Shown here: piece after piece, positions 9,758 to 18,771 of the stretch
Position numbering within the stretch: the first letter of the stretch is position 1
Layout of the letters: every line of letters starts with the position of its first letter
Virus record (IMG/VR): IMGVR_UViG_3300048576_000452
Location: 1-39,004 of that record
Source of the DNA: a virus
Taxonomy: Duplodnaviria; Caudoviricetes
Length of the DNA stretch: 39,004 nucleotides
Direction: 5' to 3' (one strand)
Notes under the pieces: generated by a model
Seen by the model: the letters and a program-made list of their open reading frames with translations, nothing else
The model's database searches: none
Told to the model about the DNA's origin: nothing
Made by a program: the position numbers and the translations under genes

Positions 9758-10480
9758 TTATGCAGCTGCTCTCTGGCAGTGAAGCGTGTAAATAACCGGT
9801 GCTTTGTTGGTTTCTGTAACTTTGATTGTAACATCAATGAAGTCATCTGCTGCCGGGGCCGTGATAGCGCTTGAAGCAACTCCTGAGGTTACGGTCTGCG
9901 AAACTCCGTTTGCCGTAATTTCTATCACACCTGCTGCAGCTGTAGGCGTAATTGTGAACGAAGCAACGCCGTTTGCAAACGTCAGTACATAGGCAAGCTC
10001 AGCGTTTGCCGGGTTAGGCGAGATTGTGCCGCTGTCAGATACCGCAAAAAACGGCGTAGTCAGACCGGCGCTTTCCGTAATTGTCAACACGGGCATACCG
10101 TTTGGTTTTACAGTGTACTTCGATTTCAAAACGTTATCTTTTGGGATTGTCAGTGCTAATCCTGTAGGAATACAGGGTATGGTAACCACCGCTCCAGTGG
10201 ATGCAGGAAGCCTAAACACAAGATTTCTTTCCGTGCCTGCGTAAAAGTCGGTATTGAATGCCATCTGCCCGTCCGTATCTGTCGGATCAAAATTGCATGT
10301 CAGCGGTATTTCCCCCGTGTCAATGAGGCTGCGTTTAAACTTCTTGAAAAAGTTCGCAACATTGAAAGTGGAAACGTCCACAGTATCTGCCTTCATGTCG
10401 ATATCTCCGATTGTGTCCATCTCTCCAAGGCTATGTCCGTTCCATTCCGTGGTTGTAGTATTTCCATGTGTTGCTGGCAT
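9758..10480 (-). CDS. Major tail (tube) protein with C-terminal cadherin/Ig-like domain
   Basis: ADTVDVSTF..IDTGEIPL tube motifs; C-terminal ASFTITPTA..ITANG..VTETNKAPVIYTL. Confidence 0.85.
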   Translation of the reverse strand: MPATHGNTTTTEWNGHSLGEMDTIGDIDMKADTVDVSTFNVANFFKKFKRSLIDTGEIPLTCNFDPTDTDGQMAFNTDFYAGTERNLVFRLPASTGAVVTIPCIPTGLALTIPKDNVLKSKYTVKPNGMPVLTITESAGLTTPFFAVSDSGTISPNPANAELAYVLTFANGVASFTITPTAAAGVIEITANGVSQTVTSGVASSAITAPAADDFIDVTIKVTETNKAPVIYTLHCQRAAA

Positions 10481-10483
10481 TAT

Positions 10484-10891
10484 TTAATCATTCCTTTCAT
10501 ACCAAATTTCATATTCGAGATAGCCGGTGTCCACGCTGGGGATTCCATCACCGGCGGTGTATTTTGAATAAAGCTCGTTCAAAAGCCTTATGCGTTGAAC
10601 CGTTATCCCCGTTATTTCTCTTTCTTTTTTATACAGTGCTGTCTTGATCTGATTGCATACCGCTTTCGCCGCAAGCTTAGATTCCGCATATACAGTGAAT
10701 TGAAACGACGGATGCTCCAGCACACATTGACTATTGAAGATGTGGTCTTTTACGTCGCTGATATTAGTCATCACCACATACGGATATTGTTCCTTCTTTG
10801 GCGCTTCATCAAAATGAAACCGCCTATTAATTAATGCGGTCAACGCTGTTTTTGATAAAAGTTGTGTAGTTAAGGCGGTTTCAATCTCCAT
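10484..10891 (-). CDS. Tail completion/terminator protein (DUF3168-like)
   Basis: APKKEQYPYVV..FQFTVYA; position. Confidence 0.75.
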   Translation of the reverse strand: MEIETALTTQLLSKTALTALINRRFHFDEAPKKEQYPYVVMTNISDVKDHIFNSQCVLEHPSFQFTVYAESKLAAKAVCNQIKTALYKKEREITGITVQRIRLLNELYSKYTAGDGIPSVDTGYLEYEIWYERND

Positions 10892-11214
10892 TAGATCACT
10901 TCCTTAGCAGAGATAATAATTTCATCATGCCGGTTGTTAACATCATCGATTGGCGGAAGGATCTGAAAGATACGGCTTCCAAGCTTAATGCGCATATCGG
11001 CGTTTATCCATTTGTTGTATCTGATCACGAATACCGCCGTTGTCTCATCGTTCAGCTTTTGCGCCGCGTAAAACCGCTTGCCACCTTTAGTTTCCATGCT
11101 AGCGCTTATAGTGCCAGCGTCTGCCCATGTAGGTATTGCTTGATTTATTGCATCGTAGGTATATGTGGCGCGCTGGAGTGTAATTTTAGTATTTAATTTA
11201 CCTGGGTTTAACAT
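10891..11214 (-). CDS. Head closure protein (SPP1 gp16-like)
   Basis: MLNPGKLNTKITLQ..FVIRY..INADMRI. Confidence 0.85.
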   Translation of the reverse strand: MLNPGKLNTKITLQRATYTYDAINQAIPTWADAGTISASMETKGGKRFYAAQKLNDETTAVFVIRYNKWINADMRIKLGSRIFQILPPIDDVNNRHDEIIISAKEVI

Positions 11215-11224
11215 CTAAACCACC

Positions 11225-11722
11225 TCATAAAAGGTTTATGCTGTGCATTCCGAGTATGTTGTCTACCACCTTATTGACGTTTGCATTATCAACATACATT
11301 GTGCGGTTGTCGTACATATCCTGACACAGCACGTATACAGCAATCACAAAATCATCGAATGCGTCAATACCGGCGGTGTAATCTGCTGTCGGTGTTTCTG
11401 CCGGCGTTTCATCAAATACGATAGTGCCAGTTGAATAATCAACGTCAAAGCCTGTTGTGATCTGCGTACCGTCAAGATACACTTTTAGCGTACCACTTAC
11501 TAAAGGAGAATACCTGGTTGTAAAAATTACCGTGCTTTCAACGTCTTGAGTAAGCGTTTCGCCTGTTACGGTTACGTCAACATGCCCGGTGTACGACTTT
11601 AGATATGCTTTTGCAGCCGCAATAATTGCATCCAACTCCAGCTTTTCCGCTGCTGTCATAGTGGTGTAATCCTGCTTTAAATATTCAGCTACAAGCTGTG
11701 TAGTAATTTCGCTAACCTTCAT
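11225..11722 (-). CDS. Head-tail connector (HK97 gp6-like) with an internal beta-rich insertion
   Basis: AAKAYLKSYTG and AVYVLCQDMYDNR..HSINLL motifs flank an extra segment of about 65 aa. Confidence 0.8.
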   Translation of the reverse strand: MKVSEITTQLVAEYLKQDYTTMTAAEKLELDAIIAAAKAYLKSYTGHVDVTVTGETLTQDVESTVIFTTRYSPLVSGTLKVYLDGTQITTGFDVDYSTGTIVFDETPAETPTADYTAGIDAFDDFVIAVYVLCQDMYDNRTMYVDNANVNKVVDNILGMHSINLL

Positions 11723-11736
11723 TGCGGCCTCCTTTC

Positions 11737-12129
11737 TTAGTCTGCAACCATCAGCCCTGCGGCCTTGAGCTTCGTAAGCAACCCGTTAAACTCTGCCGTT
11801 GTCGGGCTTGATGCCTCAACGCTTGCCGTCTGATTTGCGGCCTTGCGTGCTGCGAGTGTTTTACCCTGTTCAGCGGACAACGGAACCGCTATACCACCAG
11901 TGGTGAGATCGTTTACGATTGCGGACGTTGCTATTTTTGCATCAACAAGCGTTTTTAATGCCTTGCCCTGCGCTGCCGTAAGCGCCTTATCTGTGTCGGT
12001 GGATGTTAAGTTGTCAACAAGAGTTGCCGTCGTAATTCCTGTAACGCTTGCGCCAGCTGCAACTTCAAGTTCCCCGCCTATCACAGTCTTTGCGCCGCCT
12101 TGTTCCGTATAATTCAGTACATTTGACAT
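11737..12129 (-). CDS. Head fibre / decoration protein
   Basis: NYTEQGGAKTVIGGELEV N-terminus and FNGLLTKLKAAGLM C-terminus; directly after the capsid gene. Confidence 0.7.
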   Translation of the reverse strand: MSNVLNYTEQGGAKTVIGGELEVAAGASVTGITTATLVDNLTSTDTDKALTAAQGKALKTLVDAKIATSAIVNDLTTGGIAVPLSAEQGKTLAARKAANQTASVEASSPTTAEFNGLLTKLKAAGLMVAD

Positions 12130-12148
12130 GTTTTTACCTCTCTTTCTT

Positions 12149-12174
12149 AAAAAGGGCGGGTTTTACCCCGCCCT
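12149..12174 (-). terminator. Intrinsic terminator after the major capsid gene
   Basis: Minus strand GGGCGGG-GTAAAA-CCCGCCC followed by TTTTT. Confidence 0.6.
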
Positions 12175-12182
12175 CGTCATAT

Positions 12183-13322
12183 TTACAGCGTGCTCATTAC
12201 CAGCGTGGCGAGCTTCTGATGATCTACAACATCGCTGTCAAACTCAAACCAGCTCACGATACCAACGGCGTGCATCGTCGCGTATTTCTCGTTGAGAATC
12301 TGCATTTCGATGTTCTGGCGCAGATTTACGCCAAGCCCTGAATAGTCGCCGTACAAAACAGCTTTTGCTGCGCTTCCCATTGCCGGCATGTTGTCTGAAA
12401 CATAAACGGGTTTGTCTAAAATGTTTCCATCTTTAAAGATGTACGTTCCGTCTGCGTACTTCAATTTACGTATGTACGTAAATGTAGCAGGTGCCATAGT
12501 GAATGCAGCGTTTGCCTGATATACTCCCTTAACTTTTGCTTTCAGGTCAATCAGGTTGTCGGCGGTTATTGCGCTGGTAGACCCTCCGTTCATGGTATTC
12601 GTTGTAGACAGTGCGCCTGTTGCCTTCTGAGATGTGCCGACAAGCAGCTCTTTTTCTAGGAATAGCGCTATCTTTGTGCCCATTTCTTTGATGATGAACG
12701 ACATAACATCGATATCGCTATTGTTGATTACAGATTTTCCAATCAAAGACAAAGCGCCAGCCAAAAATCCTGTCAGGTCTACGGACGTAAAAGCGCCAGC
12801 GTCTGCGACGATGTCTGTAAACTCATCCTGATAGCCAACGGTAATATCATGCGTGGTGTTCGACAGCCCGTATACAGGAACTTTCAGCGTGCCTTTTACG
12901 CTGAACATCGTAGCGCCTGCATAGATCGGGCACATGTCCTTTACAGTTGTAATGATGCGGTTGACAATGCTTGTTGGTATAACCGCGCCGTTGTTTGCCA
13001 TTGTGAAATTCTGCTCACCGGACCGAACCTCGACCGCCATGCCGCATTCCCGCTTGATGTGATTAAGGAATGCGCGTTCCTCAATAACCTCGGCGCGCTC
13101 CTCGGTCTTTTCCTGTTTTTCCTCTTTCTTTTCGATCGCCCTGGCACGTTCCTCCATATCGATCGTGGCGTCGATATCTTTGATCTGCTTTTCGAGCTTA
13201 TCAAAGGTGGCGCGTTCCTCGTCGGATATGGCGCGTGTCTCCGTGTCTGCTTTGGTTATAATGGCCTCCATCTGGGCCTGAAGCTCTGCCCTGTTTTCGA
13301 TAAGGGCCTTAAGATTTTTCAT
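12183..13322 (-). CDS. Major capsid protein, HK97 family (N-terminal coiled-coil delta domain)
   Basis: NGAVIPTSI, KPVYVSDNMP, VLYGDYS motifs. Confidence 0.92.
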   Translation of the reverse strand: MKNLKALIENRAELQAQMEAIITKADTETRAISDEERATFDKLEKQIKDIDATIDMEERARAIEKKEEKQEKTEERAEVIEERAFLNHIKRECGMAVEVRSGEQNFTMANNGAVIPTSIVNRIITTVKDMCPIYAGATMFSVKGTLKVPVYGLSNTTHDITVGYQDEFTDIVADAGAFTSVDLTGFLAGALSLIGKSVINNSDIDVMSFIIKEMGTKIALFLEKELLVGTSQKATGALSTTNTMNGGSTSAITADNLIDLKAKVKGVYQANAAFTMAPATFTYIRKLKYADGTYIFKDGNILDKPVYVSDNMPAMGSAAKAVLYGDYSGLGVNLRQNIEMQILNEKYATMHAVGIVSWFEFDSDVVDHQKLATLVMSTL

Positions 13323-13359
13323 GTTTTTACCTCACTTTTTTAATAATAAAAAGCCCTCA

Positions 13360-13938
13360 TCAGGCTTTTATTGCGTTTATCCTTTTTCTGTATTCGCCAT
13401 TATCCGGCGGTGATTTGTATTCTTTTATATTTGGCGTGTATTCGATATCTCGCGTTTCGATATCAATATCTGCCCCCGCGCGAACCTCAATTGAGGTTGC
13501 TGCATATGCAGGCCGCTTGTTTACAACCAGCGTAAGATGATCGAGATCAAGAGCTTTCACGTGTCGTATGGAGATACCATCCGCTCTTGGCTCCATCTCA
13601 TCTACGACGTTATACATGCCGAAAGACCATCCGCGTATCTTGCCTTGCTTTGCAATTTCTATTACAGCCAGATCTCTAATAAGCACATCAGCATGAAGGC
13701 CAATGGCATCTTCATAAAGCGTTAGAGTACCATCGTCAGTATTGGCGTATACGTTAGAATTATCATGATCTATGGTCACCGTAATATTCCCAGAGCGCTC
13801 TATGGCTTGTTCAAATGCCCTAGGTTCAATTTCCTCAATGACCTTGCCGCGCGGTGTGATAACCGGTCGGCTCTTTTTTCCAGTGACATTTACATAGCCG
13901 CTTATGTGAGCTCCATCCGCCCTAATTTCTATATCCAT
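13360..13938 (-). CDS. Prohead protease, HK97 family
   Basis: ISGYVN, IDHD, GWSFGM, PAYAATSIEVR. Confidence 0.9.
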   Translation of the reverse strand: MDIEIRADGAHISGYVNVTGKKSRPVITPRGKVIEEIEPRAFEQAIERSGNITVTIDHDNSNVYANTDDGTLTLYEDAIGLHADVLIRDLAVIEIAKQGKIRGWSFGMYNVVDEMEPRADGISIRHVKALDLDHLTLVVNKRPAYAATSIEVRAGADIDIETRDIEYTPNIKEYKSPPDNGEYRKRINAIKA

Positions 13939-13939
13939 C

Positions 13940-15151
13940 TTACCCTCCCGTTTTCAAATCATTTAAATTCTGTGTTCGGTTCGTATTCGGCGTATAAATC
14001 TCTTTGGTATCCGGATTATACAGAACCGTATCAAGGCCAAGCTTCAACCATTTTACGCCATAAGGCGGCAAATCTTCCATATACCGTGCTTCGTCGATTT
14101 GCAGCACATTTGTATCCAAAGCGGCCTTATACCCCTCCATACGGTCTTTGAAGTTTCCTTTTAGCAATTCTTTGGTGTCAAACGCCCAATAAAGCGTTTT
14201 TTTCTCTTTTTCAAGCAGAAAATCACGGTTTAATGCGCATTCTATTACTTTCATCAATGGTATTGCAGCCAGTTTTGCCACTGATTGCATGTCTGCGTCA
14301 GTTGCTTTACCCGCTATTACATCCGAAGAAACATGAAACAGCTTGCATAACTCATTCGCGTTTGATGTTTTATTTTCATTAAGCTGCATCTCTACCGATG
14401 TATTGGACGATTCTGTAAAGTCAAGCCCATCATTTAACACAACTACATTCTCGCTGCTGTTGCTATATAGGCTTTTAAAAGCATTTTTAAGTGCCGTCAT
14501 TGCATCTTCAGATAACTTTTTAGCTGATTTTAGAAAGCCTTTTTTGTTTCCGCCTTTTTTTACAAGATTGCTTTCAAAAATAATGCTTTCATATGCCACC
14601 TCGATGGCCTTACTGTTTTCCGTTACAATTCCCGTACCGCTGGCGCCGTCCTTGCTGTTGCGGAGTATTTTTATAAACTCATAAGGCTTGTACGGTTTTC
14701 CATCAACGAGCAAATCATAATCTTTGATAATATGATCCGTGTTTATCTGCGGCGTTACATACGTTTCATCAACAAAATGCAGGCTTGCCACTTTACCGCG
14801 ATTTTTATTGATGTATGCATATCCGCCTTTACCAAGATAATAGTCAGAGAGGATCGCCCGCCAAAAATCATGCGCATTCAAAGTATCTCCGGTGTCATCA
14901 TTTAAAAGCGTTATGCGCTGATCGTCTTTTACTTCAACAACCTTGTTGCCTTCCTGCCTGTATAGCTTTATAGGAGTTCCAGAAACGATGTTTGTTAATA
15001 GATCGATTGCGCTTGCAATCGTCGGTATCTGCAACGCCACGGCTTTTGTTATGCTGGTATTCCCGAGTATGGCCTGCAGGAGCGAGTCTTCATAACTTAC
15101 CACTCCCGTGTCTGCCCTGATTTCTTGTTTTTTACGGTTAAATAACCCCAT
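13940..15151 (-). CDS. Portal protein, HK97 family
   Basis: ALQIPTIASAIDL, VVVLNDGLDF, IDEARYMEDLPP. Confidence 0.92.
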   Translation of the reverse strand: MGLFNRKKQEIRADTGVVSYEDSLLQAILGNTSITKAVALQIPTIASAIDLLTNIVSGTPIKLYRQEGNKVVEVKDDQRITLLNDDTGDTLNAHDFWRAILSDYYLGKGGYAYINKNRGKVASLHFVDETYVTPQINTDHIIKDYDLLVDGKPYKPYEFIKILRNSKDGASGTGIVTENSKAIEVAYESIIFESNLVKKGGNKKGFLKSAKKLSEDAMTALKNAFKSLYSNSSENVVVLNDGLDFTESSNTSVEMQLNENKTSNANELCKLFHVSSDVIAGKATDADMQSVAKLAAIPLMKVIECALNRDFLLEKEKKTLYWAFDTKELLKGNFKDRMEGYKAALDTNVLQIDEARYMEDLPPYGVKWLKLGLDTVLYNPDTKEIYTPNTNRTQNLNDLKTGG

Positions 15152-15160
15152 GTACGCCTC

Positions 15161-16837
15161 CTATATCTGCGCTACGAACATATCAGCGCCAAATAACATA
15201 TCCTGCTGCAATAAATAAATTGCGTTGATAACGGCCACCACCATATCAACTTTTCCGGCTGATTTCTTTTTATTTACGTATTTATTTAGGTTTGTATCCT
15301 CTGTGCATCGCGCATTCTGAAAGTTTATTTCAAGCATTCTGTTTTCGTCGTAATTAAACTGTTTGCTTAAAATCTGTTCTTTCAATAGCTTTGTCGGTGC
15401 ATGAAGGACGCTGGAATGCTGCTTGATTTCAACGCATTCGTACTCGGTGGCTTCTAATTTCTGCACCGTTGATATGGCGTTATATCTGTCATATCCTATT
15501 TGCACAATCGATACGCCATATTTTTCTTGAATACCCATGATAAATTGTTCTATAAACCTATAGTCTATAACCTCATCGCCGCACTCGAAACAAACGCCCT
15601 GGCGAATAAGGCGGTCATAATCAACCTGTTCCTTTTTGGTTTTAAAAAGCTTTCTATCCTTTGGAATAAATCCCCACGCTTTCGCGTATATCTGTCCTCC
15701 GAATTCGCAAACCATACCCACCGCTGTGTTGTCTTCCGTCTGCGAAAGATCAAGCCCCACATATACCGATTTGCCTTTCCAAAAGTCTAAATTCTCAATA
15801 ATTTTGCATTCGCGCACTTTATCAATTGAGATAAAGCCCTCAACGCCAAGGCTCTTGTACTTGATGTTGTTGTGCTTACACAGGTAGTTTTCGCGCTTAT
15901 TTTCGTACAATACTGCCATTGTGCACATATCTTTGATGGCTTCAAAGATATAGTCATGCGCTACTGCAACCGGGTTTGATTGATATATAACCAGGTCATT
16001 CGTTTGCCATTGATCATTAGTAAGTAAATCCTCATCCGGCTCGTATAACAAAGCAAAACGCCGGCGGTTATCCATTAATCCATCAAGCGTTTTTTTAGAA
16101 ATATCTATTTCGTCGATCATGCCGTTGTTATCGTTTGGGTACTGCGTTGATATTATTATCCCGAGCTTATCAAAAAGCGTGATCTGGGATGACCGCATTG
16201 CCTCGATCGGGTAACTGTCCATAGCTCCGGCTTCATCCGCTAGGAATATATTGGCCAGTTTCCCGTCCATACGGTCTTCGGAATAGGCAAGCGGTGTATA
16301 CTCGCTTTCGGTCAGCATGCAGCGTATTTCGCTTCGAAGTAGCTTAAAGGCTTTTCCGTCAGACAGCGCGGGGCTGGCCTTGATTATTTTCTTAATAGCC
16401 AGCTTCAACTCGCTTGATAATTTTAAATCAGGTGCTACAGAGAAAAAGCGAGAAAAACGCTTTTCTGTCAGCATCCCGATTATAAAAATTACCGCGGCAT
16501 TAAACGTTTTAAAGTTCTTGCGGGCAATTTCCAAAAGAGCCGTGATGTAATATCGATTGTTAGTGTCGGCCTGCCTGGTACAAAACACTGCAGTTATCAA
16601 AAACCATGCGTAATCCTCAAGCCCATCATACATGGTGCATTTCAAATCAGGATGTATCATCAGCTTCAGGATTTTGCAGATCTTTTTAAACGCTTTTTCG
16701 TCTACGTATGCTCCGTTATCTTTGCCGGCCGCAATATCAAGCCACGCCTGTGCTTGCAGTTTGACGTAGCGCGGAGCTTTGTGATTTTCAGGCTGCGTCG
16801 CCCATATGCAGTACTGGTAAGCTTTACTCTGTATCAT
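15161..16837 (-). CDS. terL: Terminase large subunit
   Basis: Walker A-like IARKNFKT, Walker B FLADEAG, nuclease GLDLSQTED, GKVDMVVA. Confidence 0.95.
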   Translation of the reverse strand: MIQSKAYQYCIWATQPENHKAPRYVKLQAQAWLDIAAGKDNGAYVDEKAFKKICKILKLMIHPDLKCTMYDGLEDYAWFLITAVFCTRQADTNNRYYITALLEIARKNFKTFNAAVIFIIGMLTEKRFSRFFSVAPDLKLSSELKLAIKKIIKASPALSDGKAFKLLRSEIRCMLTESEYTPLAYSEDRMDGKLANIFLADEAGAMDSYPIEAMRSSQITLFDKLGIIISTQYPNDNNGMIDEIDISKKTLDGLMDNRRRFALLYEPDEDLLTNDQWQTNDLVIYQSNPVAVAHDYIFEAIKDMCTMAVLYENKRENYLCKHNNIKYKSLGVEGFISIDKVRECKIIENLDFWKGKSVYVGLDLSQTEDNTAVGMVCEFGGQIYAKAWGFIPKDRKLFKTKKEQVDYDRLIRQGVCFECGDEVIDYRFIEQFIMGIQEKYGVSIVQIGYDRYNAISTVQKLEATEYECVEIKQHSSVLHAPTKLLKEQILSKQFNYDENRMLEINFQNARCTEDTNLNKYVNKKKSAGKVDMVVAVINAIYLLQQDMLFGADMFVAQI

Positions 16838-17372
16838 CGTCCTTTAACGCATCCGCAAGAGGATTGCTTTCATCTACTTTTTTTGGTATGTTACGCAAAG
16901 ACGCCGCAATTGTAAATCCGTTTTCTTTTTCTATGTCAAAAAGCATTTTGCGTTTTTGCTGGATCTGTTTATCGCAGTTAATAACCGTGTCGTATATGGA
17001 CAATATTGCTTTTGCAGCTTCTTTGGTTTCGGTATAAGTGGCTTGATCCTCCAGGTCATCTAACTTTTTTTCGAGCTTCTCTGCAGTCGCATATATTTTT
17101 TCCTGCTTTATCTCAAGGTTTACACACTCAGCCAACAACATGCAATAGCGGTTGATTATAGTTTCAATAAGCGCGTCGTTTTTTTTGACCTTTGTTAACA
17201 GCTTTTTTATTCGAGTAAATTCTTTGTGCGCTGTTGCGTTGTTTTTCACCTCAGGCCGTTCGCGTATGGATATTCCGGTAAGTGCCGCTATTTCTGCCGT
17301 CTCGCGCTGTTTTTTCTCTTTATCTGTCCGGTGCCCGGACGTGTTTTGTATTGCCTTAGACGGCCTTGACAT
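16824..17372 (-). CDS. terS: Terminase small subunit (P27 family)
   Basis: MSRPSK start after GAGGGAG; IEKENGFTIAASLR; overlaps the terL start. Confidence 0.85.
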   Translation of the reverse strand: MSRPSKAIQNTSGHRTDKEKKQRETAEIAALTGISIRERPEVKNNATAHKEFTRIKKLLTKVKKNDALIETIINRYCMLLAECVNLEIKQEKIYATAEKLEKKLDDLEDQATYTETKEAAKAILSIYDTVINCDKQIQQKRKMLFDIEKENGFTIAASLRNIPKKVDESNPLADALKDDDTE

Positions 17373-17381
17373 TTTATTCAC

Positions 17382-17475
17382 TCCCTCAATCTCATTTTGG
17401 GAATATTTTATTTACGGTTGGGGGCGTCCGTTGTAGAAAGTTTTCAAAAAACAAGTTGACTACCCTAGGGGGGAT
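17382..17475. other. Putative cos / packaging-initiation region
   Basis: HNH-terS intergenic segment with G/C runs (CCCCCCTAGGG, CGGACGCCCC), the usual cos position in HNH-terS-terL phages; exact cut site not determinable. Confidence 0.4.
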
Positions 17476-17843
17476 TGTTCTTTTATGATTTTAAGGACTA
17501 CCACAACCGGTATCTTGCCTGCCTCTGCCATATCGTGATGCATACCGCACAGTGTAAGCAGATTATCATCATCAAGACGCTTATCATAGTTCTGTTCGAG
17601 TGATATCGCATGATGAACAGAGAGATTGTCGTATGTAAATTTATTTACTGTGTCATATTGTTCACGTATGCATATCTGACAAAGGTACTTATCCCTTTGT
17701 TTAATCTGTTCACGCTTACTCTGCCACACTGCTGTTGATCTGAATTTATCTATGTCTTTTCGATATCGTTCCTGTTTTGGCTTCTTGCCACAATCATATT
17801 TGCTGTCATGTATGCGGCCACAATAACTGCATGACTTTAACAT
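17460..17843 (-). CDS. HNH endonuclease (terminase-associated)
   Basis: CSYCGRIH, RDKYLCQIC, LSVHH, NLLTLCGMHH. Confidence 0.9.
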   Translation of the reverse strand: MLKSCSYCGRIHDSKYDCGKKPKQERYRKDIDKFRSTAVWQSKREQIKQRDKYLCQICIREQYDTVNKFTYDNLSVHHAISLEQNYDKRLDDDNLLTLCGMHHDMAEAGKIPVVVVLKIIKEQSPLG

Positions 17844-17968
17844 TACTTCTTATGCCCATTGCCTTTGTTTGGGTATATGCATTCCTTGACCCTGCATCGG
17901 CTGTTCTTCTTATCCCACTTGCCGCATTCTTTACGCTTCGGCGTATGCACCCATTTAATAGCATCCAT
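17843..17968 (-). CDS. 41-aa basic hypothetical protein (MDAIKWVHTPKRKECGKW...)
   Basis: GGAGAG RBS; TAATG stop/start coupling to HNH; below the ORF-track cutoff. Confidence 0.5.
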   Translation of the reverse strand: MDAIKWVHTPKRKECGKWDKKNSRCRVKECIYPNKGNGHKK

Positions 17969-18046
17969 GTTTCTCTCCAACAAAAAATATCCGCATGGAT
18001 GTCACACGCGGATACATAATCATGGGTAACGATAGTTTTTGATAAT

Positions 18047-18107
18047 ATTATAATATCACAGGACTTACTGTTATTTACTGTACACTTTACTGTTATTTAC
18101 TGTTATT
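18047..18107 (-). promoter_or_regulatory. Late promoter: four TTACTGT direct repeats upstream of an extended -10 (TGaTATTAT / TATAAT)
   Basis: Repeats at 18065, 18075, 18087, 18097, directly after the activator stop codon; no consensus -35. Confidence 0.65.
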
Positions 18108-18507
18108 CTTTAATTTTTTCTAAATTTTCTATTGCTTTACGATGTAATATAAAACAATAATCCAAACTATAATTTGATTTTCGTGCTACATCTGGCCAGG
18201 ATAATCCTTCGACATATCGCAGACGCATAATTCTGCATTGCTGATGTGGTAAACTGGTAAGCTCATCTTCGGCCTGAGTAATGTCATATTCAAGAAGTAC
18301 CAATTCTTCATGCAGTTGATGCTCTAATTCATCCAGCTTTGCCATATCTGCTGCCAACCGGTCTTTAATGCTTTTATTCCCGGGCATCCCAGAAAGTTGT
18401 TTATTCCCCATTTCCATCGCTGATCGTAACCGAGTGATCCGCTCCTGGATGGATTCTATCTTTTCCCGTTGGTTTCGTATTTGGTTCAGGTTTATTTGAT
18501 CGGTCAT
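18103..18507 (-). CDS. Late transcriptional activator (ArpU/RinA-like, sigma region-4 HTH)
   Basis: IMRLRYVEGLSWPDVARKSNYS..LHRKAI; last gene before the packaging module. Confidence 0.85.
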   Translation of the reverse strand: MTDQINLNQIRNQREKIESIQERITRLRSAMEMGNKQLSGMPGNKSIKDRLAADMAKLDELEHQLHEELVLLEYDITQAEDELTSLPHQQCRIMRLRYVEGLSWPDVARKSNYSLDYCFILHRKAIENLEKIKE

Positions 18508-18522
18508 TGGTACCCCCTTGCC

Positions 18523-18546
18523 AAATCTCCAAGCGCTTGGAGATTT
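18523..18546. repeat. Perfect 24-bp palindrome AAATCTCCAAGCGCTTGGAGATTT
   Basis: Read directly; near-copy at 27598-27620. Confidence 0.85.
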
Positions 18547-18554
18547 AAACCTGT

Positions 18555-18761
18555 CTAATCTTTTGTACTTTTAATAGCATCTTTTGAGATATAAAAATCT
18601 GTCCTACCGTCAATCGCCCTGATGCAAAACTGACAGCATACTATTTTCTGACCTCGTAAATATTGCTCTTCATATTGGCAGCCAACGCATGATGTATCGA
18701 TTAGCTTCTTACCCATAAGCTTGTTTTGCACATACTCGCTTATAACCTCATTTGTTTCCAT
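18555..18761 (-). CDS. Hypothetical protein with two CxxC motifs
   Basis: AGGAG RBS; CVGC and CQFC. Confidence 0.6.
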   Translation of the reverse strand: METNEVISEYVQNKLMGKKLIDTSCVGCQYEEQYLRGQKIVCCQFCIRAIDGRTDFYISKDAIKSTKD

Positions 18762-18771
18762 ACGCTACTCC

